A stretch of DNA of 64,000 nt from an uncultured Chitinophagaceae bacterium (GCA_964527735.1 CAZGPG010000013.1:28189-92188), one strand, 5' to 3'; positions 34,017 through 43,909 are shown, counted from the stretch's first letter. The notes: generated by a model not told the origin, from the letters alone. Numbers and translations are program-made.

Positions 34017-34661
34017 TTATGTTACCAATCCTAACTGCATCGCTTTCCGTATAAGCCCGGCTGTGTTTTTTACATCCAGCTTCAGCAACAGGTTGGTGCG
34101 GTAGTTTTTGGCGGTGTACAGGCTGAGGAACAGCTTGGCGGCAATCTCTTTATCGGTAAGGCCTTCGATGATAAGCGGCAGTACTTCTTTTTCCCTTTCG
34201 GTAAGTCTGATCTTTGCAACGGCAATACGATTGGCACGGAACGACAGCATATCCATCTTTTCCTTCAATGACGGTTCTATGTACTCATTCCCGGCATATA
34301 CCGTTTCGATGGCTGCGGCAAGCGTATTTTTTTCGGTTGTTTTCAACAAATAGCCCAGCACGCCGTGGCGCATCATAGCGGCAAGGTAAGCGGGACTGTC
34401 AAAATTGGTCAGGGTCATCATTTTGATGTCCGGATATTTCTTCATGATCACCTGAGCCAACTCCTCTCCATTCTGGTCGGGCATCTGTATATCCAGTATC
34501 AGAACATCGGGTAATGAACCTTCTTCCAGCCCGGCCAGTAGTTCACTGCCGTTCCGGTATGTCCCGGAAAGGTGCATATGGGGGAAGTCCAGCAACATGT
34601 TCTTCAACCCGTCAATGATCATCGGATGATCGTCTGCTATGGCTATTCTGATCTTGTTCAT
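34017..34661 (-). CDS. response regulator, NarL/FixJ (LuxR-type HTH) family
   Basis: REC domain (IAIADDHPMIIDGL.., ..LILDIQMPDQNG..) followed by a LuxR HTH (LTEREKEVLPLIIEGLTDKEIAAKLFLSLYTAKNYRTNLLLKL). Confidence 0.92.
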   Translation of the reverse strand: MNKIRIAIADDHPMIIDGLKNMLLDFPHMHLSGTYRNGSELLAGLEEGSLPDVLILDIQMPDQNGEELAQVIMKKYPDIKMMTLTNFDSPAYLAAMMRHGVLGYLLKTTEKNTLAAAIETVYAGNEYIEPSLKEKMDMLSFRANRIAVAKIRLTEREKEVLPLIIEGLTDKEIAAKLFLSLYTAKNYRTNLLLKLDVKNTAGLIRKAMQLGLVT

Positions 34662-34664
34662 CCT

Positions 34665-36641
34665 TTAGACCTCTAATTTAAGCTTTTCCAGGTCAAATTC
34701 AATAAATATCGTGGTGCTTTTCCCTTTTATGGAGTCGATGGCCATGTATCCCCGCATGGCCTGTACGCGCTGTTCCATGTTGAACAGGCCGATCCCCTTC
34801 GATGTATCCTCCGCATTAAAACCAACGCCGTTATCTTCAACGATAATGTTCAGCAGGTTGCCGTTTCGCGTTACCTGCACATCTGCAATGGTCGCCTGGG
34901 CGTGTTTGATCACATTTTGAATCAGCTCCTGTGCGATCCGGTATATGACCAGCGTCACGGACTGGTCCAGATCCGTAGTGGCTCCATGAAACTGCACATC
35001 TATTTGTAGCGCCGTGTTTTTATTGATGTTGTCGCAATAGAGCGTCAGCGCCTCTTCGAGCGTATGTTTTTCCAGCATGCCGGGCAGCAGGTTGTGGGAG
35101 GTGCGGCGTACCTCACCGGCGGTTTCGTCGATCATTTGCATCAGGTCCCGGAACTTTGCAGCGTCTGGTGTGTCCCTGACCCGGCTTGCCTGCATTTTAA
35201 TAGCACCGAGCATGCCTCCGATCCCATCATGCAATTCCTGGGCGATGCGTCCCCGTTCTTTTTCTTCTCCTTTCATCACGTTTTTTAACTGTCCGATCTC
35301 TCTTTTCTGCTGCAGCATTTTCTGTTTTTGCCGGGTGTGCCGGTAAAAAACAAAAAATGAAGCGGATAAAATGATTACCCCTCCGCTTGTCAGGATAATC
35401 AGGAAATTCTTTCTTTCCGTTTCGCGTTGTGCCTGTGCGATGAGCTTGTCTTTCTCGGCAGTGCGGTATTCGACTTCCATTTGGTTGATGTCTCTTGCAA
35501 TGCGACTGTTCATCAGGCTGTCTTTTAGCGAGAGATATAAGGATTGATGCTTGTACGCTTTTGTATAGTCACCTGTTTTAGAATATAATTTGGCAAAACT
35601 TTGGTGCGTTTGCGCCACCTGGTCCGTCATCTGCAACGCTTCCGCTGTCTTAAGTGTTGCCTGCCAGAAGCGTTCTGCATTTTTATATTGCCCTAACTCA
35701 TAAAAAACATGGCCGGTCATGTATTGGTTGGCATTATGGTGAAATGCCTCAGGGTCTCTGTCTATCTTCAGCCGTCTGGCCTGCTGAATATACGATAGTG
35801 CCTGTTCTGGTGTGACATATTCGTTTGCGTAGCCTGCAAGTCCCATCAAACTACGATATTGCAATAGCGTGTCTTTTTGCTCTTGCCCCAGCCGATAGGC
35901 CCTTTGCAGGGAGTACCAATATTGATTGCCGTCTTTCAGATCATGATATTTCAGGGCTATATTAATAAGTGCGATACCCAAGGATTCATAATTCATTCTT
36001 TGCTCAGCTATCAATATGGCCTGTTGTAGATAATTAACGGCAAGTGTGTCATTTGCCAACGTTGAAGACAGATTGATGTAAATTGACTCAGCATGTATAT
36101 CGGAGTTCGGATATTGTTCTGTAGCGCGGATGGCCATATGGAAGAAATGGGCAGCCTTGACATGATCACCCATTGCTTTATAGATGATGCCAATCTGATT
36201 ATATGTAAAAGCAAGCAGGCGTTTGGTGTTGGGGGATTTGTAACAATATATTAGCGCCTCGCCGCAACTCTCCAGGGATTGGGGGTACAAGCCGAGAAAA
36301 CGGTAGGCATTACTATACATTAGCAATGATGTAGCAGCACCGTAAGCAAAATTGATCTGCTTACTTTGTTCCAATAAAGTCGAGTATATCCCGAGGGCGC
36401 TATCTGGATAAAAAACGGTGAGCGTACTATTTTGATTGATTCTTTGCATAATATTGGCCGAGTCTGGCGCATTAGTAGAAAAATTCAATCCCGCATTCTC
36501 GGATTGTGGTATCTGAGCAATCACCGTATTGCTGTAAATAAGAAAAATCAGGAGTACAGTCGATCGGAACAAGTGAACTACTGTCGTTTGGCTGTTCTGG
36601 TGAGGTATGTTTATTCGATATTCCAATGTTTCCGTTGGCAT
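34665..36641 (-). CDS. sensor histidine kinase with periplasmic/extracytoplasmic TPR region (HisKA_3 + HATPase_c)
   Basis: 658 aa. It has an N-terminal hydrophobic segment, TPR-like repeats, a TM helix (..FLIILTSGGVIILSASFFVFY..), the H-box ..RIAQELHDGIGGML.. and a G-box ..VEDNGVGF..GIGL.. Confidence 0.88.
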   Translation of the reverse strand: MPTETLEYRINIPHQNSQTTVVHLFRSTVLLIFLIYSNTVIAQIPQSENAGLNFSTNAPDSANIMQRINQNSTLTVFYPDSALGIYSTLLEQSKQINFAYGAATSLLMYSNAYRFLGLYPQSLESCGEALIYCYKSPNTKRLLAFTYNQIGIIYKAMGDHVKAAHFFHMAIRATEQYPNSDIHAESIYINLSSTLANDTLAVNYLQQAILIAEQRMNYESLGIALINIALKYHDLKDGNQYWYSLQRAYRLGQEQKDTLLQYRSLMGLAGYANEYVTPEQALSYIQQARRLKIDRDPEAFHHNANQYMTGHVFYELGQYKNAERFWQATLKTAEALQMTDQVAQTHQSFAKLYSKTGDYTKAYKHQSLYLSLKDSLMNSRIARDINQMEVEYRTAEKDKLIAQAQRETERKNFLIILTSGGVIILSASFFVFYRHTRQKQKMLQQKREIGQLKNVMKGEEKERGRIAQELHDGIGGMLGAIKMQASRVRDTPDAAKFRDLMQMIDETAGEVRRTSHNLLPGMLEKHTLEEALTLYCDNINKNTALQIDVQFHGATTDLDQSVTLVIYRIAQELIQNVIKHAQATIADVQVTRNGNLLNIIVEDNGVGFNAEDTSKGIGLFNMEQRVQAMRGYMAIDSIKGKSTTIFIEFDLEKLKLEV

Positions 36642-36836
36642 TATTATTTGATTACGAAAGATAAACTAAAATCTACATTTCTTTTCTAATGCTGCTGAAA
36701 AGAACTGCAATTTTGTGACTATAAAAAGGAAACGAATAATTATTAAAAATATGAAGCCAAAGTATGGGATGCTTGGTTATGTTATTAACCAACTTTGCTT
36801 CAATAGGATATTATTTACTCTTTAAACAGTTTTACG

Positions 36837-39434
36837 ATGGTCAGTTTTACGAAACTTATTAATTTGTGTTTGGTCTTTTTGATTTTTGAAATCAGTGCGG
36901 TTTCGGGACAAATGCTGAGCCTGGATTGGGTAAGTAACCTGCCTGCCTCAGGGTCAGGACAGTTGACTCCGAATTCGATAACAGCAGATGGCCAAGGAAA
37001 TGTCTATGTTGCGGGGCAGTATGGTGGAGTTATTAGTATCTTTAACGGAACTGATTCTACTAAATTTCCGAACGCTGACGGTACAAGAGCTTTTGTTGCC
37101 AAGTTTAATTCTTCCGGACATCTGACTTGGGCAAAAACAATCATACCCGCCGCTTCAGGCCATGCTTATGACGAGTCGCACGGCGTTGCGGTAGACGCCT
37201 CCGGGAATGTATACTGGACAGGTATGGTGGCGGATTTTACTGCTACGGTAGCAGGTGTTCCTGAAACCTTTACTTCAAAGGGAACCGGTAGTCAGGCAGC
37301 CAAACTCGATATTATGGTTGCCAAGCTGTCACCGTCGGGAGATTTCATTTGGATCAAAACTTTTGGTAGTACAGCGAAAGACGAAGCCTACGGTATTGGT
37401 CTTGATGCTTCGGGAAATGTTTTTGTAACCGGGGCGTTCCGTGGCGCAGCATCTGAAGTAGTCAACTTCGGAGGAACAGCATTGACCAAGGTTGGGAATG
37501 CAAGTGCTGCCAATATGTACGCGCTGAGCCTTGACAATAATGGGACAGTCCGCTGGGTGATAACAGGAGCTTCCGGCAATAACGTAATAATTGGCCGTGC
37601 GCTGACAACGGATCAGACCGGTAACGTGTATGTTACAGGCGAGTATAAAGGAAATCCCAGCTTTGGCGGCGTTACCGTACTCTCGTCGGCAGGGAAAGCG
37701 CCTTTTATATTAAAGCTCACTAATGCCGGAACTACCACTTGGGCAAAAGGTTACTTGGGCAATTGGGATGCAACCGGGTACGGCATCGCGGTGGATAAGG
37801 CCGGAGGAGTATATACTGTTGGAGAATTCAAGGGTACTTATGATTTTGATCCGACGCCGGGGGGTGCGGCTACGGTCAAAAATCTCATATCCCATCCTAC
37901 TGGTTCCGGAAATTTTGACGGGTTCGTCGCTAAGCTCAACAGCAATGGCGAGTATGCATGGGCCCATGCCATATTCTCTACCAGCACCGCTGCTACGGCA
38001 CTGGACCGAAGCAAGGCTGTAGCAGTAGATAAGGACGATAATGTATATGTGACCGGATCGTTTTTTGCAACGACAGATTTTAATCCGAGTGCAACGGCGG
38101 ACCATCCCCTTACCAGTCGTGGCAGCAACGATGTTTTTGTATGCAAACTGGAACCTTCTGGTGCATTTATATGGGCCTTTCAGATTGGGGGTGAAGGTTC
38201 GGACGCCGGTAATAGTATTTTTGTAGATGATAACTATACAGTATACACAACAGGCGCTTACCGTGGGGATGCAGAGTTTTCTCTAACCCCGGCCACTTCA
38301 TCCGTGATTATGAATGCTGGTGGAACGGCTAACGGAGTCGGCTACCTCCATAAAGTAACCCAGCGTTTTTGTTCGTCCACTGCAGCGTCCCTATCATTGA
38401 CTGACTGCGATAGTATTCGTATAAATGGAGAAAAATACACAGCAAGTGGAACTTACATTCAGACTTTGGTGAATAGTACAGGTTGTGACAGTATTCTTAC
38501 CTTAAACCTTACAGTCAACCATAGCGTGGTGGGGAGCAGTATCAATCACACTGTGTGCGACAGCTTCGAGTTCAACGGGCAAATGCATTACACTTCTGGT
38601 CCTTATACCCATGTGCTAAATACCTCCGCGGGTTGCGACAGCACTGTAACGTTGCATCTCACGGTGAATCAAAGCATACATACGGTATTAACTGAGGCGG
38701 TTTGTTCCAGCTATACACTTGACACTGCTACCTATACGGAAGCGGGTGTGTATGAACACCTGTTCGAAACGGTGAATGGTTGCGATAGTCTCGTAACGCT
38801 CGAACTCACCATACTGAATACTGCTGACACCGTTGCGGAAAACGCCTGTTTTAGCTATGTGGCCGGACTCGATACTTTCACGCAAAGCGGGTGGTATACA
38901 CAGGCGTTTACAAATGTTGACGGTTGTGACAGCCTGATAGTCATCGACCTGACGATACGGGATGTGGATGTGTCGGTAACACGCTCAGGGATTACGCTCA
39001 CTGCCGGGCAGGCAGGTGCCACGTACCTGTGGCTGGACTGCGATGATGATTATAAACCAATTTCGGGAGCTACGCAGCAGATGTTTGGTCCGGAATTCAA
39101 CGGGAACTATGCAGTTGCTGTTACCTGGGACGGATGTACGGATACTTCTGCGTGTTACGAAATCAATGGTATCACGAACAAGGTTCGCCATTTCGATGAT
39201 ACCCATCTGAGCGTATACCCTAATCCTGCAAGCGATATATTGTACGTTGTATCTACAGGCGATGTCGTGACAGAGGTGCGTTTGCTTGGGGTTGCAGGTA
39301 ATGTCCTGATGCAACGGCAGCGTATCAATGAAGAAAAAACCATGCTGGATATTTCTGCTTATGCTGCAGGCGTATATCTATTGGAAGTGCGTACGGCAGA
39401 CACGATGTCCCGCTACACTATCGTGAAAAAATAA
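36837..39434 (+). CDS. secreted SBBP-type beta-propeller repeat protein with four Cys-containing ~47-aa repeats and T9SS type A CTD
   Basis: 865 aa with signal peptide ..FEISAVSGQ. The blades carry GN.YVTG... and K....G...W.K motifs. The CTD is SVYPNPASDILYV...AGVYLLEV...YTIVKK. It is a paralogue of 2061-4250. Confidence 0.85.
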   Translation: MVSFTKLINLCLVFLIFEISAVSGQMLSLDWVSNLPASGSGQLTPNSITADGQGNVYVAGQYGGVISIFNGTDSTKFPNADGTRAFVAKFNSSGHLTWAKTIIPAASGHAYDESHGVAVDASGNVYWTGMVADFTATVAGVPETFTSKGTGSQAAKLDIMVAKLSPSGDFIWIKTFGSTAKDEAYGIGLDASGNVFVTGAFRGAASEVVNFGGTALTKVGNASAANMYALSLDNNGTVRWVITGASGNNVIIGRALTTDQTGNVYVTGEYKGNPSFGGVTVLSSAGKAPFILKLTNAGTTTWAKGYLGNWDATGYGIAVDKAGGVYTVGEFKGTYDFDPTPGGAATVKNLISHPTGSGNFDGFVAKLNSNGEYAWAHAIFSTSTAATALDRSKAVAVDKDDNVYVTGSFFATTDFNPSATADHPLTSRGSNDVFVCKLEPSGAFIWAFQIGGEGSDAGNSIFVDDNYTVYTTGAYRGDAEFSLTPATSSVIMNAGGTANGVGYLHKVTQRFCSSTAASLSLTDCDSIRINGEKYTASGTYIQTLVNSTGCDSILTLNLTVNHSVVGSSINHTVCDSFEFNGQMHYTSGPYTHVLNTSAGCDSTVTLHLTVNQSIHTVLTEAVCSSYTLDTATYTEAGVYEHLFETVNGCDSLVTLELTILNTADTVAENACFSYVAGLDTFTQSGWYTQAFTNVDGCDSLIVIDLTIRDVDVSVTRSGITLTAGQAGATYLWLDCDDDYKPISGATQQMFGPEFNGNYAVAVTWDGCTDTSACYEINGITNKVRHFDDTHLSVYPNPASDILYVVSTGDVVTEVRLLGVAGNVLMQRQRINEEKTMLDISAYAAGVYLLEVRTADTMSRYTIVKK

Positions 39435-39447
39435 AAGAACTACTGTT

Positions 39448-39477
39448 CCGGTGGGAATGGGTATACATTCCCACCGG
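39448..39477 (+). terminator. rho-independent terminator
   Basis: ccggtgggaatg-ggtata-cattcccaccgg gives a perfect 12-bp stem, followed by ttagtttt. Confidence 0.7.
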
Positions 39478-39478
39478 T

Positions 39479-39486
39479 TAGTTTTG
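39479..39486 (+). promoter_or_regulatory. candidate -7 box (TAGTTTTG)
   Basis: It lies immediately after the terminator and 42 nt upstream of ATG 39529. Confidence 0.35.
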
Positions 39487-39528
39487 TAATGTAGTTTTTA
39501 AACAAAGAATGATAAGCAGAAATTGTGT

Positions 39529-42500
39529 ATGACATTGTATAAGCCCGTATCCCGTAGCATATTTTTATTCACCTGCCTGATCTTTATGAAGATCGGGCTG
39601 TTTGCTCATGGTCATACCCCTCCTTCTACGGTGGGAAATACACCTTTTTTGTTGGATTTTATTGAGAATAATGGTCAGTGGATTGTAGACGCCCGTTACA
39701 AGGCCGATGTGCCTGGCGGAGCCATGTTTCTGACGGATGAAGGTTTTGTGTATCACTATGTGAGTAGCGAAGATCTATCTCGTCTGCACGAAACAGGATA
39801 TCAGCAGGAGGGTAACCCGTCTGGCGCAATGGTACGTCACCATGCGTATCGGGTAAGATATCTAAATGCCCGTCAGGGGGTCCGCTATGCGGCAGGCGAT
39901 AAACGGACTTATTATCATAATTATATTCTGGGAAATGATCCTGCAACCTGGAAAGGGCGTGTCGGATTGTATGGAACGGTGCTGCAGGAAGGCGTATATA
40001 AGGGAATCGATGTATCCGTGTACAGTAATGAAACGACTTTGAAGTATGACTTTATTGTAGCGCCGGGCGCAGACCCCGGACAGATTCGTTTGTCGTTTGA
40101 GGGCGTGTTACCTGTTCTGACGGAAGAGGGCCATCTGAAAATAAGCACAACGGTCAATGAAGTGATCGAGGAGGCGCCCTATGTATATCAGGAGATCGGA
40201 GGAATGCGCGTACAAGTGCCGTGTCGCTATCATTTGCAGGATAATGTACTTTCTTTTGAGTTGCCGGAAGGTTATGACAGACACTATCCCCTGATAATAG
40301 ATCCTTCAGTGGTTTTTTCGACATTCAGCGGAAGCACGGGTGGATCAAAATACGGATACTCCTCAGCGTATGATCAGGATGGCAACTTTTACCTTGGAGC
40401 GCTGGCGCTTTCCACTGGATGGCCCGTGACAACAGGCGCGTTCCAGACCACCTACGGAGGTAGCAATGATGTAGCTATCAACAAATATAATTCTACGGGG
40501 AGTACTCTGTTGTGGTCTACTTATTATGGTGGGAACAACGTTGACATCCCTCATTCTCTCATCGTGAATGAACAAAATGAGTTGATTGTCGTGGGAACGA
40601 CAGCATCTTCTAATTTGCCGGTTTCAGCGAATGGATATGATCGCACATTAGGAGGTGCTAATGATCTTTTTGTCGTCCATTTCAATACCGCAGGGTCTGC
40701 ACTGGTGGGGGCGACATACATCGGGGGAACTGCCGGAGAAGGAATACATCAAACGGCGGGCGTAGGGAATGCAACTTTTGAGCAGGGCGTTTTTTTTGTC
40801 AGTCCGTGCGATGTCGTGTTAGATGATAATGGGGATATCTGGGTGATCAGCAACACGGCATCTTCCAATTTTCCCGTAACGCCTGGCGCCCAGCAAACCA
40901 CTTACGGAGGAGGGCAAACTGACGTCGTGCTATTCAGATTGAAATCTGATTGTACCGCTCTACTCTACAGTACTTTTTTGGGAGGGAGTCGGAAAGACGA
41001 TGGGCATGGAATTGTTCGGAATCATCAAAATCAGATTGTAATATGCGGAGGTACCAATAGTCCGAATTTTCCCGTATCGTTCGGCGCATATAAAAGTGGA
41101 CCCACTGGCAGCGCGGATGGGTTTGTATCAATTGTAAACCCTGCGACAGGTTTGATCACACGTTCTACCTACTTGGGTACAGACACCCTGGATATAGCAT
41201 TTAAAGTTGCGGTAAACGCGCAGGGTTATGTATATGTTGCAGGCCGCACCATGGGTAACTATCCGGTCAGCGCGGGCGTGATTTCCATGGGGACGGATAA
41301 AGATTTGTTCCTGGAGAAGTTAACACCGGATCTGGGCGCTTCTGTTGTGAGTACACGGTTTGGTAACCAGCAGTCGCTAAGCACTCGCTTTGTTCCTACA
41401 GCGCTAACCGTTGACGAATGCAATAACGTCTATCTGACGGGCTTCAGGTGGACGTCAGGGTTGGCCGGCTATCCGCTCACTGCCAATGCTTTCCAGTCCT
41501 CCAGCGGAAGATTTTGGCTGGGCGTTTTGGAAACTGATTTTACCGGTATCCATTTTGGCACTTTTTATGGTGGCGGAGGCTCGAACTACCATATACACCA
41601 GGGTACGCACCGCCTGGATCCTCACGGGATGGTCTATCATTCCATTTGTGTAGACAATAGCAGCTTCCCGGTCACGACCGGCAGCTATCGTACCAGCAAG
41701 AACAATACAGATCAGGATGCCGCCAGTTTTAAGTTTGATCTGTCGGAGTATGTGCAGCAGGACACGGTGTATGTCCGCTATGATACGGCGGTGTGTTACG
41801 GAAGCGGCGTATCGCTCACAGCCGGAGCTGGGTTGGCTACGACAGATCATCTCTGGCAGGACGGCAGCACGGGAAAAACTTTCCGTGCTAACGCTTCCGG
41901 CACTTATATTGTCCGTTACCGTTATGCCGACCAACCCTGTACTTTTTACTACGACTCCTTTTATGTGGCGTTTGCACCTTTGCCTGAGTTGCTGGCTGTG
42001 CATGTGGACAGCGCCGGGTGTCCCGGAGAACTGAAAGGCGTGGTAGATATCCAGGTGTCCGGCAACCAGACGCAGTGTCAGTTTGACCTGCACCAGGCGA
42101 CCGACAGCAGCTTGTCGCAGTCAGGAACATCTGCAGCAGGTTTTCGCTTTGCAGGACTTGACGCCGGTGATTACTATGTTGTGATTACCACGGCTTCGGG
42201 TTGCGATACTGCGTTTGTACTGACCGTCCCCGGCGCCGTTGCGCCGGCAGCGTCTTTTACGGTATCTGATTCCATCATTTGTGTAGGGGAGAGCGTTGAC
42301 TGTTTCAATACTTCCTCTGGCGCCTACGATATCTGGTACTGGGATCCGGGCAATGGAGCTGAGTTGTCGCAAGTGTATCAACCCCGTTTCTATTATCCTG
42401 TGGCTGGGCGGCATGCCATATCCCTGGGTATTGAGAATGATCAGTGTGCGGATACGGCGGTACAGTATATAGAGGTGAAAGATTTTTCGCTTCGCCTGCT

Positions 42501-43038
42501 GACGAGCGCTGATATTGTAAAATACGGGGAGGAAGTCCGTTTGTGGACAGATGCTGACGAACCGTATACGGTCTATCAATGGTCTCCGGAACCGATGTTC
42601 CCCAATCAGCAGGCATATGAGCAGACGGTTATTCCGGACAGCAACTCTATCAATACGATCACGGTGTATGGGCGTTCGGAATATGGCTGCCCGGATAGCG
42701 CTTCGCTGATAGTTATTGTGGATGGCGGCCTCGGACCGGTAGGAGATAGCAGCGGGTTGGCCACCATGCCCACGGCTTTCAGTCCTAACGGCGATGGCCG
42801 GAACGATTATTTCCGCCCGGCTGTGTTATCGGGTAAATTACGCGTCGCATTCTTCGAAGTTTATGACCGCTGGGGCAAACAAGTATGGTCGGCGAGTGGC
42901 GCTGCGGCGCTAAAAGGGTGGGACGGAACCTATAATGGCACACCTGCCGGTGTGGGCGCTTATTATTATACGGCAGAGATGGAAGATCTGCGTGGCCAGC
43001 GGTTCCGTTACCGGGGTGATGTGACGCTGGTCAGATAA
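39529..43038 (+). CDS. very large secreted protein: N-terminal DUF7948-like region, SBBP-like propeller repeats, PKD-like module, T9SS type B C-terminal domain
   Basis: About 1169 aa from ATG 39529 (the track starts at a TTG two codons earlier). Repeats carry ..L.STY.GG.. motifs. The C-terminus is MPTAFSPNGDGRNDYFRP...VYDRWGKQVW...GWDGTYNG.PAGVGAYYY...GDVTLVR. Confidence 0.85.
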   Translation: MTLYKPVSRSIFLFTCLIFMKIGLFAHGHTPPSTVGNTPFLLDFIENNGQWIVDARYKADVPGGAMFLTDEGFVYHYVSSEDLSRLHETGYQQEGNPSGAMVRHHAYRVRYLNARQGVRYAAGDKRTYYHNYILGNDPATWKGRVGLYGTVLQEGVYKGIDVSVYSNETTLKYDFIVAPGADPGQIRLSFEGVLPVLTEEGHLKISTTVNEVIEEAPYVYQEIGGMRVQVPCRYHLQDNVLSFELPEGYDRHYPLIIDPSVVFSTFSGSTGGSKYGYSSAYDQDGNFYLGALALSTGWPVTTGAFQTTYGGSNDVAINKYNSTGSTLLWSTYYGGNNVDIPHSLIVNEQNELIVVGTTASSNLPVSANGYDRTLGGANDLFVVHFNTAGSALVGATYIGGTAGEGIHQTAGVGNATFEQGVFFVSPCDVVLDDNGDIWVISNTASSNFPVTPGAQQTTYGGGQTDVVLFRLKSDCTALLYSTFLGGSRKDDGHGIVRNHQNQIVICGGTNSPNFPVSFGAYKSGPTGSADGFVSIVNPATGLITRSTYLGTDTLDIAFKVAVNAQGYVYVAGRTMGNYPVSAGVISMGTDKDLFLEKLTPDLGASVVSTRFGNQQSLSTRFVPTALTVDECNNVYLTGFRWTSGLAGYPLTANAFQSSSGRFWLGVLETDFTGIHFGTFYGGGGSNYHIHQGTHRLDPHGMVYHSICVDNSSFPVTTGSYRTSKNNTDQDAASFKFDLSEYVQQDTVYVRYDTAVCYGSGVSLTAGAGLATTDHLWQDGSTGKTFRANASGTYIVRYRYADQPCTFYYDSFYVAFAPLPELLAVHVDSAGCPGELKGVVDIQVSGNQTQCQFDLHQATDSSLSQSGTSAAGFRFAGLDAGDYYVVITTASGCDTAFVLTVPGAVAPAASFTVSDSIICVGESVDCFNTSSGAYDIWYWDPGNGAELSQVYQPRFYYPVAGRHAISLGIENDQCADTAVQYIEVKDFSLRLLTSADIVKYGEEVRLWTDADEPYTVYQWSPEPMFPNQQAYEQTVIPDSNSINTITVYGRSEYGCPDSASLIVIVDGGLGPVGDSSGLATMPTAFSPNGDGRNDYFRPAVLSGKLRVAFFEVYDRWGKQVWSASGAAALKGWDGTYNGTPAGVGAYYYTAEMEDLRGQRFRYRGDVTLVR

Positions 43039-43200
43039 TTCATGAACTAACTACCAGGCGGTATGTCATGGCGAAATGTGGTGATCGGTATACAGATCGC
43101 ATCTTCCCGAAATGCGCATATCTTGATTTTCATTGCCGGTGTGGGTATTATTTTTTCAGAATGATTAATGTAATATTGATCATTCAAACAATAAATCTAC

Positions 43201-43617
43201 ATGAGCAACACAAGAATTACCGTTGGAGCAACAATAGCAGCCGGCACAGAGAAAGTTTGGGATGCATGGACAAAACCCGAACACATTACAAAATGGAATT
43301 TTGCTGCTGACGACTGGCATTGTCCCCGGGCAGAAAATGATCTGAGGGTTGGCGGGAAATACAGCGCCCGGATGGAAGCCAAAGACGGAAGTTTTGGTTT
43401 CGATTTTGAAGCGATTTATGATGAAGTGATTGACCGGAAGAAGATCACTTATACCATGCCGGACGGGAGGCAGGCGACTACTGATTTTGAAAATCTTGGC
43501 GATACAACAAAAGTCACAACAACCTTTGACGCCGAAAACGAAAATGACATAGAGATGCAAAAAGGAGGTTGGCAGGCGATTTTGAACAGTTTTAAAAACT
43601 ACGTTGAAGCTAACTGA
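43201..43617 (+). CDS. SRPBCC superfamily protein (AHSA1/Aha1-like START fold)
   Basis: 138 aa: ..VWDAWTKPEHITKWNFAADDWHCP...GGKYSARMEAKDGSFGFDFEAIYDEV...GGWQAILNSFKNYVE. Confidence 0.8.
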   Translation: MSNTRITVGATIAAGTEKVWDAWTKPEHITKWNFAADDWHCPRAENDLRVGGKYSARMEAKDGSFGFDFEAIYDEVIDRKKITYTMPDGRQATTDFENLGDTTKVTTTFDAENENDIEMQKGGWQAILNSFKNYVEAN

Positions 43618-43651
43618 CCGGGAAAAGAAAAACCGGCGTTACAGAAGTCTT

Positions 43652-43707
43652 ATAAACCCGCCCTCCCGGATGTTGCGCGTAGCGCGTATCCGGGAGGGCG
43701 GGTTTAT
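43652..43707 (+). terminator. perfect 20-bp stem hairpin downstream of the SRPBCC gene
   Basis: ataaacccgccctcccggat - 16-nt loop - atccgggagggcgggtttat. There is no long U tract. Confidence 0.55.
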
Positions 43708-43909
43708 ATCGGATTTGTAATCCGTCAGGTAACAAAAGGCCGGCTTGTGTATGATTGGCAGCTTTCCGGGGTTCAGAGACCCCGTTTATCAATCGTCCCT
43801 GATGCCCTTTGGAACATCAGGGATAGCAGGTATTGATGACACGAAACCTGATTTTTGGTTGTCAATAATCCTTACTACCTTCGTAGTTGTAACATAATCA
43901 CCGTGTTAG

